NCBI RefSeq assembly: GCF_036321535.1
Contig: NC_087453.1
Span: forward strand, 46,996,001-47,060,000
Source of the DNA: Camelus dromedarius
Lineage: Eukaryota
Length of the DNA stretch: 64,000 nt
Direction of reading: 5' to 3'
A program made the position numbers and the translations under genes. Shown in pieces: positions 1 to 12,990 of this stretch. Numbering within the stretch: position 1 is the stretch's first letter; the number at the start of each line of letters is the position of its first letter. A model generated the notes under the pieces. It saw only the letters and a program-made list of their open reading frames with translations, searched no databases and was not told the DNA's origin.

Positions 1-630
1 GGTATGTCATGAAAAACAAGCTACAAAAGAAAAAGTAGACAAACTGTACTTCGTCAAAATGTAAAGCTTTACGCATCAAGAAACACTAATACACTAGTAA
101 CAGAGTCAAGAGGCAGCCCACAGAATGGGAGAAAACATTTGCAAATCGCGTATCTGATAAGGGGCTAATACACAGAGCTGCTGCAGCTCACACCAGGAAC
201 AGCCCAACTCAAAGGCCAGCAGCGGACCTCAGCAGACCTTCCACCAGCCAAGATGCACAGCGGCCAACAAGCTCAAGTAGAGTCTCAACGCTGCTAATCA
301 CCAGGGGAACAAATCTCTGAAGTGCAAGGAGGAGTCACTTCACACATCAGGGCAGCTATTATTAAAAAATAAGCCAACCGGGAAATAGCAACTGTTGTGA
401 AGTGTGGAGAACTGGGACCTTGTATGCTGCTGCTGGGAATGAAAAATGGTGCAACCTGCAATTTGTCAGGAAGTTACAGATGGACTTTCCACACGCCCAG
501 CACCACCAGTCCTGGGGACATAACCAAGAGCTGCAAACGCCACCCCCAAAACCTGAGCGCAAATACTCACAGCATTATTCCTAAGAGACCCAAAGTGAAA
601 ACAGCCTAAATCTCCCCTGGCTAATAAATG
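1..630 (+). mobile_element. Old LINE-1 fragment (3' ORF2/3' UTR)
   Basis: acagaatgggagaaaacatttgcaaatc-tatctgataaggggctaata and gtggagaa-ctgggacc-tgctgctgggaatg-aaaatggtgca are L1 3' motifs. Confidence 0.7.
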
Positions 631-968
631 GTTAAACTGTGGAGTATCAATCGCCCCATGGTACCCTGGGGACTAGCTCCAGGACCGCCGGGTACAACAT
701 CTGTGGGGGCTCGAGTCCGCCAGGCCTCCCCCCACACCCGAGGTTCCACGCCCGCGGTTCTCCCACCACGAGGAGGGGAGAGCGGTGTCTCTCCGCGACG
801 AAGGAAGGGCTTTAGAATGAGGCAGTGGTGCCAGCTGCAGATCTGCGAGCGGGCTACAACTCACTGACCTGCACTCCAAGGATGGAGGACACGACATGAG
901 AATCACACTTCAACAAAAGTCAAAATTAAACACAACGTTCAGGCACAGAGAGGACCGCGGCCGCCCAC

Positions 969-1053
969 CTGCTCGTAGATCTCGATGGCTCTCTGGTACT
1001 GCTCCAGCTGTGCGGCGTAGGCCGCCACCTTCAGCAGACACTTGTTCGCCGAG
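969..1053 (-). CDS. NAPB: NAPB coding exon 7; the gene continues beyond the left edge of the window
   Basis: 85 bp, (S)[28 protein letters not shown]; ttgcag acceptor and GTGGG donor. No later exon was found in 1-968. Confidence 0.95.
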
Positions 1054-1190
1054 CTGCAACCAAGACCAGGCAGGTTACGGCTCCAACACAGAGACGCCAA
1101 GAGCGGAGAAGTCCGTCCGCCACCCCAACCGTCCAGCCCAGCGCGCTCACACGCCAAAGCCACGCGACGACTCCGGGGAGTGACACTTGC

Positions 1191-1246
1191 CTGTTGGACT
1201 CCTCCCCTTTGTAGTAATCAGCCGACTGCTCGTAATGGGCGATTGC
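1191..1246 (-). CDS. NAPB: NAPB coding exon 6 (ends at a GC donor)
   Basis: 56 bp, [18 protein letters not shown](S); ttgcag acceptor; the frame is preserved by the donor AG|GCAAGT. Confidence 0.95.
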
Positions 1247-2865
1247 CTGCAAACACACACGTGTTTTACTCAGACTGCGTGCTTGAAGATCTGCACTTAA
1301 AAACTGCATTTGAACAGGGACTTTTCCTATAAATAAACCTGTCCAAACAGCAAACCTTCCACAACCTGGCCTCCTTTATTTTGGGAACACAAGAAAGCAC
1401 GCACTTCCAGGCGGCCAGTGGCCGACAGCTGCCCCATGGCAAACGCCCAGCCTGTCGCTCCCATCCCCGACGCTCCTCACCAAAGGATGTAAGCAGACCT
1501 GCAGACCTGCCGGGAGCCATCTCCAGACGTGGCCCATACACCGGAGTCTGCACCCTCCCCCAGGCCTCTTCCATTCCCAGGAGCTGGAAGGCAATGATCA
1601 TATCCAGTGACGCTGGAAGCCACAAACTGAAGGCGGCAGACCTTCTGTCCCGGTTCCCAGTAGCCACACAGGGCAAAATGTATTCAACCCAGTGTCCACA
1701 CCACCATCCAACACAGAGCAGCCACGGTGGGTCGTTCCTTTGGACCCACGGCTGCTACTGCTGCACAGACACCCCTCATGGACACTCTAATGTCGTCCAG
1801 AATTGGGGTGCCGCCTCCCATCCAACACGGCTGGGCGGGAGTGACGGTTGTGGGGGTGCAGAGGCTGCAGGCTGGGGAGCCAGAAGCCACTCTGGCTGGG
1901 GTGTAGGGTTCAGTGAAAGAAAGCATCTGTCAAGTCGGAAAGCGGAACACGTGGCTGCCAGGGCAGAAACTCGGGAAAATGCGCTAAGGGGCAGTTGACG
2001 GGCGTGTGGTTTTTAGCAAGGCTGGCAAGAGAACTCTGCAGAGCCAGCTGGTTTGCAGGCAACAATGAAACGCAGGGCCTTGCAGGTGGGAAAGGCCCGT
2101 GGCACCTGTCCCCACATGGGAGGGACAAGCCCAAACAGCGTTTAATCCGGGGTCCGTGGACCTGTATGCAGCGACCCGGGACCGCCCTCGACCTGCCGCC
2201 CCACTGGGCTCCCAGCGACAACACATGCGGGGACGGGCGCAGCTGTGCCCAGAAATTCAACCTACGGACAGTGGACTTTCAACACCGTATAGCTTTCCTG
2301 TGTCATGAAATGTTTTTTTCCCACCAGCGATTAAAAATGTAAAGACTGTTCTCAGCATGCGGGCCCAGGTGCCCTGGGGAGAGTGGCCCTACCTGCTCCA
2401 CGGACCACAGGCCAGCTCCCCATTCAAGCCAGGACAGGGCACAGGGACACTAGGAGCTGCACCAGGAGACCCCTCGGCTGGGTGGACCAGGTGCAGGGCC
2501 ACCTCCGCAGCCACAGAGCCCGCCCGCCATCTGGACCGCAGGCACTGGGGCCAGTTTGTGAAGAACAGACACTTCCATGCTGAGCAGTGATGTCTGGGGC
2601 CTACTGGTCAGCCGTGGAGCCCACTCTGACGAACTAACAGACCCCACACGAGTTCTCTCAGTATTATTTATAAGAGGAGAAAAACTGAAACCAATTTAGG
2701 TGGTTACCTGTAATGGGCCACTGGACTAAGATGAAAAGAATGATGGAAAGTACCAATACAGAAGGTTCTCGAAATGTCAAATAAAAAACAGCCATAAAAA
2801 GACACATACAAACACAGACATGTGGAGGAGACAGCTGGAGCCTGTCCCTCTGGAGCAGTCAGAGC

Positions 2866-2935
2866 TGCCACACACACAGACACAGAGATACAGTGACACA
2901 CACAGAGACACAGACACACACACGCACACACACGG
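2866..2935. repeat. (CA)n/(GACA)n compound microsatellite
   Basis: cacacacacagacacagagatacagtgacacacacagagacacagacacacacacgcacacacac. Confidence 0.85.
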
Positions 2936-3735
2936 GACCCTGGCTGACGTGCACACGCGCACGAGCATGCAACACTAGCTCTGCACCAGCTGACACAGCC
3001 GCCTGCAAGGCTGTAAGCATCGGGGACACACTGCTGACGAGGACCGTGAGGTGCAGACACACACAGGACACTTAGAGCCACCAGGACCAGGGAGCGCACA
3101 GTGAGAGGGGGCAGACCCAGCCCCAGGCACCCGCACCATGGCGGGGAGAGGAGGGACCAGCCAAGGGGGGTACATGCGGGGGCAAGGGTGGGCAGAGACC
3201 ATGTGGGCACAGTGCTTCGGGAGCCAAGGGAAAAGGTGCCACCGCAGAGGAGAAGTGAGGCGGGGTGGAAGTTGGGCTCTGAGCTCAGCGTCCCCACCGC
3301 CCGCACACACCCCTCCTGACTCACACCTGCCGTCCACAGCAAACACTGTCCCAGGCTGAGCCAAGGCCAAAGTCTGGGCGACAGTGGCTCAGCAAAGTCC
3401 CCTCCCTCCTCTCCTGCTGCTCCTGTGAACCTCAGCTCAGGAAGTGACCTGAGGGACATGCAGAGTGAACCACCCCCCCAGGTCAGGGCCTGATCTAAAG
3501 CATGTAATGCCCATCCGCCATCCTCAGCCTCCCACAGGGCCATGCGGACAGGGCAGACGAGGGCCCTCGGAGGTAGGTTCTGACAGACACCGGCCAGAGC
3601 AGAGCACAGGTGGGCCTGGTCAGTCCGAACCAGCTCTCCTGCTCGGACACGCGCTCCGGGACAAGAGCCTCCCCACCCCAGGCTGAGGTCTCCCCGCAGC
3701 CCCGCATGGACGGCAGCCCTCTGGCCCATGCGCAC

Positions 3736-3813
3736 CTTCTCGATGTCTACCAGCTCCGTCTCGTAGATCTCAGCGATGGTGATGTGGTGCTTGGCCGCGA
3801 TGGTGAACCTGCC
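3736..3813 (-). CDS. NAPB: NAPB coding exon 5
   Basis: 78 bp, [26 protein letters not shown]; ccccag acceptor and GTGCG donor. Confidence 0.96.
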
Positions 3814-3917
3814 CTGGGGAGGAACACAGGACAGTCACACCGGTCACGCCGGCTTACACGGCCGGAGCCATCTCCAGGGCTCCACCCCACAGCCGCTCGA
3901 GCAGGGCGCGCTCTTAC

Positions 3918-3964
3918 CATGTCTGTGTAAATGTCGATGGCTGCGTTTAAGCAGTTGATAGCCT
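3918..3964 (-). CDS. NAPB: NAPB coding exon 4
   Basis: 47 bp, EAINCLNAAIDIYTDM; ttcag acceptor and GTAAG donor. Confidence 0.96.
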
Positions 3965-5469
3965 CTGAAGCGAAGGCATTTAAGGAAAACAATGAAAAGT
4001 CCGTTCAGTCAGAGGGTTTGGTGAGCCTGCCTTCCTGGCTGTCACTAGAACCCTAGGGAGGCCCCACGCCGGGCGGAGAACGTGGCGCGCACGTCCACCC
4101 CTCCGCAGCCCTGGACCGGCGGGGGTTGGTGTGGCGACCCCCTGCCCCGACGGTGAGGGCGATGGGGGGGGGGGGCAGGCTGCATTACCAGTGCTGCGGG
4201 GACGGGGCTCCTCAGCTGCTCAGCAGAGCCAACACTCCGCACGGAGTTAAGCCGCGCTGACTGTCAGGCTGCTAACAGCCAACAGGAGGAAAACCTCCAT
4301 GGAACCGGAGCGCCAACGAGCTACACTGACCTCCCAGACCAGAGGGCCAGCAGCTCCCGCCACAGGCGCGGTGTTCATGACGCCAGCATGTGGCCGGCGG
4401 CTCCGAAATTACTGCCTTTGCTTTAAAGAGGCCTCAGTGCACGATGAGAAAAGCAAAGAGATTAACCAAAATAAGAGCCACTTCCCCCTAAGCTGCGTAA
4501 GAAGTGTGGATGGTCACACCTTTAGAACTCAGAAAAGGAGACACACCAGCTGCCCACGACCCCCCCGCAGCCCTGCAGCCCTGCCGGGATTCTGAGGCAC
4601 GTTTCCTGCCCATGTGCTCAGGGCCGTTTCTACAAGCACGCGTCCTGTGACTGCGGTCTCAGCTCCTGTGCGCTGCTTCTGCTGTCGGGTGAGCACTTCC
4701 CAGCTCACTGAAGACCTCGAAGCCCTCCGGGGGGCTGTGGTCCTGCCTCGCACTCTAGTGTGGGCGCGGGGTGACCCTCTCCGTCAGCTCTGACATGTGC
4801 AGACAGTGCCCAGCTGTTCACTTCTGCACGTAAACCGTGATGAGCCTGACACAACAGCCCCTGAAATATCTTATTTCTGTGTGATGTATTCGTTAAGAGT
4901 CAGGATTTCTGAGTTAAAAGGTCGCCCAAAACAAAGGGAGATTCCACAGCCACCAGCACACGTGCGGAGGGAAGAAGTCAGGCTTCTCCCCCCTAAGTGA
5001 ACACGCCTCTAGCTAAAAAGGAAAGGACGTGTGCAACACTTCCCTAAATACCCAAGGTCATTCTTTCCTCCAAACCAGTACTTTGAGAAAAACACTTTTA
5101 AAAAGCAAGATGACTTCTGCGTGCGTAAGCTGTTTGTAACTATTAGATTTTACGACCTCCCGAAACTGGATCTCCACACGCAGCAGGAGTTCAGGAGAAC
5201 CGCCCGTGTCCTTTAGTGAGCGAAGCACACGTTCATCAGATTAAGGCAACAGGAAGACTGGTCAAATTAAAGCTAATTTCCAGGAAAGGTCTGCACACGC
5301 AGCAGAGAGGGAGTTTAAGAAAACGCGACTGACCACAGAACAGTCAGGATACATTTGACCCATTTTCTCCCTGTAAGAGCTTTCAGTGATACAGAAAGAT
5401 CCCATCACCCACGTCCCCACCGCTCCCCTGGCAGCTCGGTGGGGAGCAGGCCGGGCGGGCGGGGCTCAC

Positions 5470-5586
5470 CTTGGGGGTCTGCTTTCTTGTAGGCGTTCCC
5501 GGCGTCCACGAAGCTGGTGGCAGAATCATGTTTGCTCTGCAGCTGCATGTGGAGCTTGGCTGCCTGACAGAACGCATTCCCTGCAG
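5470..5586 (-). CDS. NAPB: NAPB coding exon 3
   Basis: 117 bp, [39 protein letters not shown]; ccag acceptor and GTGAG donor. Confidence 0.97.
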
Positions 5587-8500
5587 CTGGAGAAGATAGT
5601 TTCTGAGTTAAAGGAAGGTGCACGTGTCCCCACAGGGTGGCCCAAGTTCCAGGTCCACCCAGGGGATCGATAGTCACCTCCCCGGCTGCATGCAGGGGCT
5701 GGAGAAACGGCCAGGACCAGGGGAAAAGGCTTCCATCCACCTTAAGCGCCCAGCGGCGGGTGTCCAGCTCTGACCCCACACAGACCCCACACCATCAGGG
5801 AGTCCTGCCGGGACACCTGGGGCCAGGGGACACCGTGGGCCAGAACACGCCCACCACCCTGTCTGCATGCACTGGTTTAGCCACCATCCTGAAGAAATGA
5901 CTCTGGAGGCTCCTGGACAAGCAGTTTCTCAGACAGTGAAAACCAGGCCCACAATTCCAAAGTCGAAGTTTTTTCTTAAGTTAACAACCGAATCTGACCG
6001 AGACCCCTGAGGTTTCAACCGTGTCCCACCTGGTACGAAAGTGGTGCCCTGCCCCGGCCAGGGCCGCCCAGGTCTCTGCGGGGACGCAGCCGGTGGGAGA
6101 GGGAGGTTCTGGATCAGGAACCGTGGATTCCAGAGGGGCTGCAAGTGGAGACCAGAGGCGGCCGGCTGCCCGCAGGAGCGAGTGGGCTGGGCCATGGGAA
6201 CCAGGCCTGGGGAGGTGGAGCGCATGGCCGAGGCTGCAGCCACTGGGTCCCGAGGGCCGCAGCACCAGGCGCGCCAGGACCGGCGCAGCGCGGGGGCCTG
6301 AGCAGGAAGGTCGGGACTCACAGAAGTGGACCCAAGAGCCGCCCCGTTAGGAAGAACGTGAACGAGAGAACCCAAACCTCTCAGAACTTAAAAAATGTTG
6401 TCATGAACGCTTCAAAAACATTCAGAAAAGCACAGAGAACAGTGACAGACGCCTCCAAGCCCTGCTGGTTCAGGGCATCCACGCTGAACGCCTTTCTAGG
6501 AAACAAAACATCTGCACCCACAACGAGAAAGAACAGGAAAAGAGGTCCAAGCGTGTGCGCGTATGACTGAGACACGATGCTGTGCACCAGAGACCGACAC
6601 GCTGTGACCGACTGTACTTCAGTTAGAAAGGAAAAAACAAAGACATCCGACTCCTCCGCCACCCGAGAGCCTCCTGGGGCTCCGGGCCTCTCTGGGGGGA
6701 GGAGAGGCGGGACAAGCCAGAGCCCTGCTCTGCGCAGGGAGCAGGTGCCCGGGCAGCTCTGGAAGCCCTGACCGACCGTGCGGCCCGGGGACGGCCAGTC
6801 CGAGTGGACGCTGGCCCACAGCCAGCACTGTGCTGGAGAAGCCACAACCCCTACATTGGTGGATGTGAACCTGTGAACCAGAGGAGGGCCACGCGGCAGC
6901 CAGAGTGCAGGTCGGCACGCGGCCCCCGGGGCACGGCTCTGACAGGCTCGGCCTCAGACGTGGGTGGTGATCGCTTGGACCTTCCACGTGAAGCGCTTCC
7001 AACAGCCTGGCTCCAGCCACGTGGTGGCCACTTCCACCATCACGTGTAAATCCATCCTGAGACCGCACCTGTGCTCTGTGCGTTTAAATACCAGCATTTC
7101 ATTGACAACCAAGTCCTCCCTTTTCCACCAGCAATGTCACTTCTGGCGGCTCACCTGTGCTGGCCGTCCCAGACCAACCACAGCCCCCACTTCGGCCGCG
7201 CGGTCCGACCACAGCTGGCGGAGAGAGCACAGCGCCCAGGCCCTCCTGGGCCAGCTCCACGTCCCCAGACAGCCTTAAGGGCGTTGGTCTCACAAGCTCA
7301 CACTCTCAGCTTCCAAAACGAGCTGCTGGCTTGCTTCCTCAGTCTGAGCACTCATTCCAGCCCAGTCTCTCCACACCTGGAGGTGTCTTTAGATGAGCGT
7401 GTGCTCAACCAGAGTCACCTCCTTCCTAGGCCCAATTTCTTCAACTGTAAAACCTGCCAAGATGATCTCTCAAAAGCTGAGTGTCAAACGCATCAGCTGA
7501 AGAGGTGCAGTGGTGTCATGATCAGCACCCCTGCAACACGGACGTCATTTCAGAGAACTGGCAGTTACTTATTCACGACACAGATGTCCTGAGCATCCGC
7601 TGTGCAGCACGTGCTGGTCCAGCAGAGAGCACACACCCTGACCCCCCAAGGCCTCCGTTCGAGTGAAGGACGGCACACAGCAGAGCACAGACAATACAGA
7701 TGAGTAAAGGGACTTCAGGAGCATGGAGACAGCACCCCAGACACGAGGCGCCCAGGAGGGAAACACAAGCCCCCTTAGGTGGTGATGCCCCTTGAAAGGG
7801 ATATCCAAAGGTTAGAGCAGCTGATCTCCAGATTAAAGATATCAAGGTCCTTTTAGATAAGATTGCTCTTTACCTATGATTACAGGACCTGAACCACACA
7901 GGAGCTGTGAATGAATGCTGAGCGAATACTCCTCCCCTCCATTTAAAAAGTACATTGTAATTCAGGTGTCAGTGCATTCTGGAAACAAAACACGCCCTTT
8001 TAACCCAAAACTAAACCCATAGAGGAATTTTATAGCCAGAAAGGCCCTCTGAGAGTCATCCAGTTCACCAGCATCGTCTCCACTGAAATGGTTTCAGTGT
8101 CAGCCTCAAAAGCAAGTGGGGAGGTCGAGACACAGCACCCCTCAGCTTACACGGTGTGACAGGTCACGGCCATCTCCACAGCGCGGGGAAAAGCACTCGA
8201 GGAGGGCAGGCCCCTCCAGGTCACCTGCAGGTGCGAGGGCCTGGGACCCACACCCTGCAGGGCAGCAGCCGTGCCCACCTTCACCACAGAGACGCGCACC
8301 ACAGAACTCGTTTCCAGGCGTAGGGGATGGATCTGCTCCTCAGATCAGTGTTGGAAAGAGCCACCCCCTCTCAGAACAATGAGAAGAACCCTGCTGACTT
8401 TATTTCGAGTCATTCCCCTGAGCAGGAAGCCTGACGCTGGGAAGGGCCAAGTCCGTTGGGGTTTACAGCCATCACACCCCACGGCTGCGTCTCTCATGGA

Positions 8501-8894
8501 CCACAGCACACAGGTTATCACAGACTGAGGAGCGGTCGGAAGTTCTCCGCAGGGTCCAGGTAAAGGAAAGCAAGCATTTCTGTCCAGCCCACTGGTTTTC
8601 AGCAAGTTTTAGTGCAGCTTCCTTCCCTATGGGTTTAACATCAGCAAGAAACCAAGGCTCCCCTTCTTAACGCCACGTAACTTCAGGTCTTTCTACTAAG
8701 TGGTTCACAGACACTAAAACAGACCCAGTCTCCAGGCTTTAGTCAGGGCGCCTGGGCCCTGTCTTGGCCCATGGAGCTGACACCTGCCCCTGGCCAGCAT
8801 TCTTTCTGGGGGAGGCAGACAGGGACTTCCTCCTTCAGAGAGATTTTAAAGTTATTCACCTGAAAAGCAAACAAACAAAGTTCTGTCTACGTAC

Positions 8895-8974
8895 CACTCC
8901 AGTTCTTGGCCATCTTGAACATATTTGCAGCTCTGGTATACATTTCACAGGCCTCTTCAATTCTTGTGTTTCCT
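8895..8974 (-). CDS. NAPB: NAPB coding exon 2
   Basis: 80 bp, (G)[26 protein letters not shown]; tttcag acceptor and GTACGT donor; phase matches exons 1 and 3. Confidence 0.97.
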
Positions 8975-9109
8975 CTGAAAAAAAATTTAAAAATGAGGTT
9001 CAGTTTCGCTGGAATGACCATCCACATCCCCCACCCCACAACAAGGAACATTTAACGAGCACTTGCTGGGTGCCAGAGCAGCATGACAGAATCTTAGCAG
9101 CTGCTCAGA

Positions 9110-9250
9110 GGGCGTGCTCTAATCACCCCGTATTCCAGATGAGGAAACTGAGGCCCACGACAGCGACCAGGGAAAGCTCACAAAGCGAGGACGCCGTGAA
9201 CGGACACTCAGACACAGATCTGGCCGGCCCCAGAGCCTGCGCCCTCAGCC
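9110..9250 (+). mobile_element. MIR SINE fragment (similar fragments at about 11290, 20940, 27030 and 54300)
   Basis: atcaccccgtattccagatgaggaaactgaggccca is the MIR core motif. Confidence 0.65.
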
Positions 9251-10329
9251 AGAGTCCATTCCACACATCAGAAGTGAGGTTTTATTCATTCTGGGAAATG
9301 AGACGTCCATTTTCCAAAGGAGATTAAATTTTGAAGGATAAAGACGTTGTGATTCTATCAACATCCACGAGTGCAGCACTGTGTTCACTCAGACTTAAAA
9401 GTAAATATAAAACCCAAAGCCAGAGCAGGAAGGTGCCAGGCTGCCGCAGAGGCCCAGGGGCCAGCCCACCGGGCAGGAGTCTGCTCGGGACTTCCTCCCA
9501 GGCAGCCAATCTCGCCGACAGACAGCCTTAGCTGCTTAGAAATTCCTTCTCACATAAAGACAGACAACCCTCTGCAACGTCACCCTCGTTCTCAGCACAC
9601 AGAGGCCGGGCACAGTGTCCCTTTACCTGTCTGTCCACACCGCGAGCATGCCAGAACCAGCGGACCCAGACCAGGCAGGCTCTGTGCAGCCCACGTCAGG
9701 AAGGGCTCGGACGGGAGGACGGATGTAAGGACAGAGACAGGAGCAGCCAAGCTGACCCCGGAAGCGGGCAGCAGGGTGAGTGTGCGGGCAGGCGGAGGGC
9801 GGGGGAGGGCACAGCCAGCTCTTACACTCCTGTGACCCCCACTGCGCACCAGCAACCGGCGGGTCATACATCTACACCTCCAGGTCGTTACAAAGATCAA
9901 AGGAAGGAGTCCGGGTGTAGCTGCCACTGCAGGGTCAGACCCAGGGGAGGTGCCGATCCTGGTGATCATTATAATTAGATCCACCCACTGAAGGTGTACG
10001 AACTTTNNNNNNNNNNNNNNNNNNNNNNNNNNNNNNNNNNNNNNNNNNNNNNNNNNNNNNNNNNNNNNNNNNNNNNNNNNNNNNNNNNNNNNNNNNNNNN
10101 NNNNNNNNNNNNNNNNNNNNNNNNNNNNNNNNNNNNNNNACAACTCCACCTCCCCCCCAAAAGATACAGCCTATCAGCCCCTGAGGAGAGACTCAACACC
10201 ACCAGCCAGCTGAGAGACGCAGGTCAAAGCCACACACAAGACAACACTTCCTTCCCACGAGGCTGGCTGCAACCAAAAGACAGACCTAATGGAGGACATA
10301 CAGCAACAGGGACCTCGTACCCCTCGTGC

Positions 10330-10900
10330 AGGCAGCCAGCGGTGCAGCCACGCTGGACAGCAGTTTGGCAGCCACTCAAAAGGTTAAACATAGTCACTAC
10401 GTGACCCAGAAACTCTACCCCAAGATACCTCCCAAGAGAAATGAAAACATCAGTCCACACAAAAACTTGCCTACAAATGTCCACAGCAGCACTGTTCATG
10501 ACAGACAAAAGTGGAACCGATCCAAGAGTTCATCAACCGACGAGCGACAGATAAAAGGTGGCACACAGACGGCGCGTGCTGTCGCACAATAAAAAGGAGT
10601 GAATGCCGACTCTGCTCCGACACACGGGCCTTGATAACGTCGTGTGAGTGGGAAGCAGCCCAGATGAGCGCACCATACACAGGAAAGATCTAGAACAGGC
10701 AGACCCTCGAGACAGGAGACAGAACACAGGCTGGAGGCTGCCTCGAGCTGGGAGTGCTGGAGAGTTAAGGGGGTAGGGTAGAGTTTCTTTTCAGGGTGAT
10801 GAAAATGTTCTAAAATCAGCTGTCGTCATGGTCCCACAGCTTTGTGACTGCCAAGAACTACTTAACTGGATACGTGAATGGGTGCCCTCCGGGGGCTACG
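10330..10900 (+). mobile_element. Old L1M (L1MB/MC-like) 3' end
   Basis: ctggacagcagtttggcag, cccaagagaaatgaaaaca, gtttcttttcagggtgatgaaaatgttctaaaat are typical L1M 3' UTR motifs. Confidence 0.75.
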
Positions 10901-12679
10901 TCACTCAGCCAATGGCAGAACGGCAAGGAACCGCAGCAGAAATGAAGAGTCCGAACGAGCAGGGCCTTCTCTCACTTACACCTTCTTGTGCCTTTTTCTC
11001 CACCTCAAAGCTACATTTTAAAAAAAATTAGTTAATTATCCCAAAGGAAAATTCCTAATTGAGAAAGTTTTCCATCTTAGCCATAGCTCCTTGGAGCAAA
11101 CTAAGGCTTGCCATTTTGTCTTATTTTTCTAAAGCGTACCAGGAATCTTCAACTGTAATTATAGTCCACTCATTCTTATTAAAGGTTTCCAAGTCAAACC
11201 AGCTTAACTAAAATGCACTGTATCCTATTATTTTCAGAGACAGAGGCAGCTAGGAGCACCAGAACGCCTACATCACGCCCGTCTTCTGCTGCGGATTTTC
11301 ACAAGCTCATGTCGGCTTCATTTTTACAACAACTGTGAAAGCTGCTCTCTCCATGTTGCAGACGAGAAAACTGTACCTGGAGGTCAGGCTCGCCAAGGTC
11401 ATCCAGTCAAGGTCTGTGGTGGAGCTGATACCTGGGGTCAAGTTCAGCGATCTTTATGAAAACAATGAATGAATCCTGCTAGACTCAAGACCCTCACCTC
11501 TCCAAAACAGAGTCACCAGAAGTATTCTCGTTTTTAAAAGCACCAGAAAACTCATTTGTCATAAACAGACACAACCTGAACAATTCATGAAAAACGTGCT
11601 TTTAAATCACTCCAAAGGCCTACTGGGTTCTGCACATGTGAAAGTCAATTTGTATAGTCCTTAAAATGTATTTAAGGACAAATATTCCAAATTCACCCTC
11701 AAATGCTTCCATTGTTATCCAGAGCCCTGTGAGGTTAAAAAACCCTTCAAAAGAGGAACAGGTCTCTGCCAGGGAACCTACCTTACAAAGTGATACAACT
11801 TAGTACATGGCACTGAACTGCCAGAAAAACTAGGAAAACAGAGTTCTCACCAGGAGGAGGTCAGAATGCTCAGAGTAACATTCAACTTCAGGGCTGCAAA
11901 AGTCTCTGTCCAACACCCCCAGCCCCTGCTCCTCAGAGGTCAGCGTGGAGCCGCAGCCCCACAAGGCCCTGCCTCTCTTCACACCCCATCCTGCCTGCCC
12001 CACTCAGATGCTCAGGGGAAAAAGGTCACAGTCAGTCAGTTATCTCAAAGAGGTGGCATCGACACGCAGACAAGCCTGTTAATGCAGACTCCCCTGAAGT
12101 CTTGCATTTTCCTTGTCTTGGATGAGAGCAACCTATCCAGAGCCCCGGGAATCACCCCGACCAGAACACGTGCGTGGGCGGGAGGCACCCCCACACGGCC
12201 CCCGGGGACTGGGGGCACACAGCACGAGGTGGGCCCCGAGGAAAGCAGGCACCTGCTGAGGCAGGACAGAGCTGCTCTGAAACCACAAGATGCAGAGCGG
12301 ACGCATCACAGCTGCGACAGCGCCAACGCCCTGCCAATGCCAAAGCAGGGCCGGAGACAAAATTCAGCTCCCTCCCACAACACCCCGAAGGGATGTCGCA
12401 CTGTGTGGGAAGGCTGAAAACAGGGGTCTCTGGAGTGGTGCCAGGCCCGGGGGAACCACCGAGTCCGCTGGGAGAGCCGCCCCCTCAGTGCACACAGACC
12501 GCCTCGGGCACTGGGCCTGGCACACAGGCGTCGGCAACGATGCTGATGATGCAGGGTCCGCAGGGAAGAAGCGGCCCTGGCCCCAGACTGGTGCGGCTTC
12601 CCCGTGTCCCCGTGGGGCAGGTGCCCCTCCTGGCACCTCCAGGCCTTCTCCATCCGGGAAGCACTCAGGACCCCACTGT

Positions 12680-12990
12680 TTAGGGTTTTTACAGAGGCTC
12701 GTTACAGAGGCAAGACTGATCCAATCCTCGACCGCGAGGGACTGGCTCAGTCCCCAGCCCCCTCTCCTCCCGGGAGGTCAGCGTGGGGCTGAAAGTTCCA
12801 GCCTTCTCATCACCGGCTGGTTCCACTGACAACCAGCCCCCTCTAGGGACCCCCAGGAGTCACCTCGTAGCACAAGCCAGGTGGGGATGAAGGGGCTCAC
12901 TGTGAACAAGAGAGGACCCCTCACCCTCAGCACTCGGGGTCACAGAGGGGCTGCACGAGTCTGTGCCAGGACCCGGATGAGAACAGACGC
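12680..12990 (-). mobile_element. MER21-like ERV LTR fragment
   Basis: tttagggtttttacagaggc, ggggctgaaagttcca, gacaaccagcccc, gagtcacctc; homologous to the segments at about 29220-29460 and 57040-57360. Confidence 0.6.

Noticed and set aside
1-968. Search for NAPB exon 8 (VGANTMDNPLLKYSAK)
   Set aside because: No matching sequence found; the region is L1-derived or intronic, so the exon must lie outside the window.
2704-3735. 343-aa minus-strand ORF, the longest in the track
   Set aside because: Lies in NAPB intron 5, runs through a CA microsatellite (VCVCVC), has no recognisable domain, and is expected by chance in GC-rich DNA.
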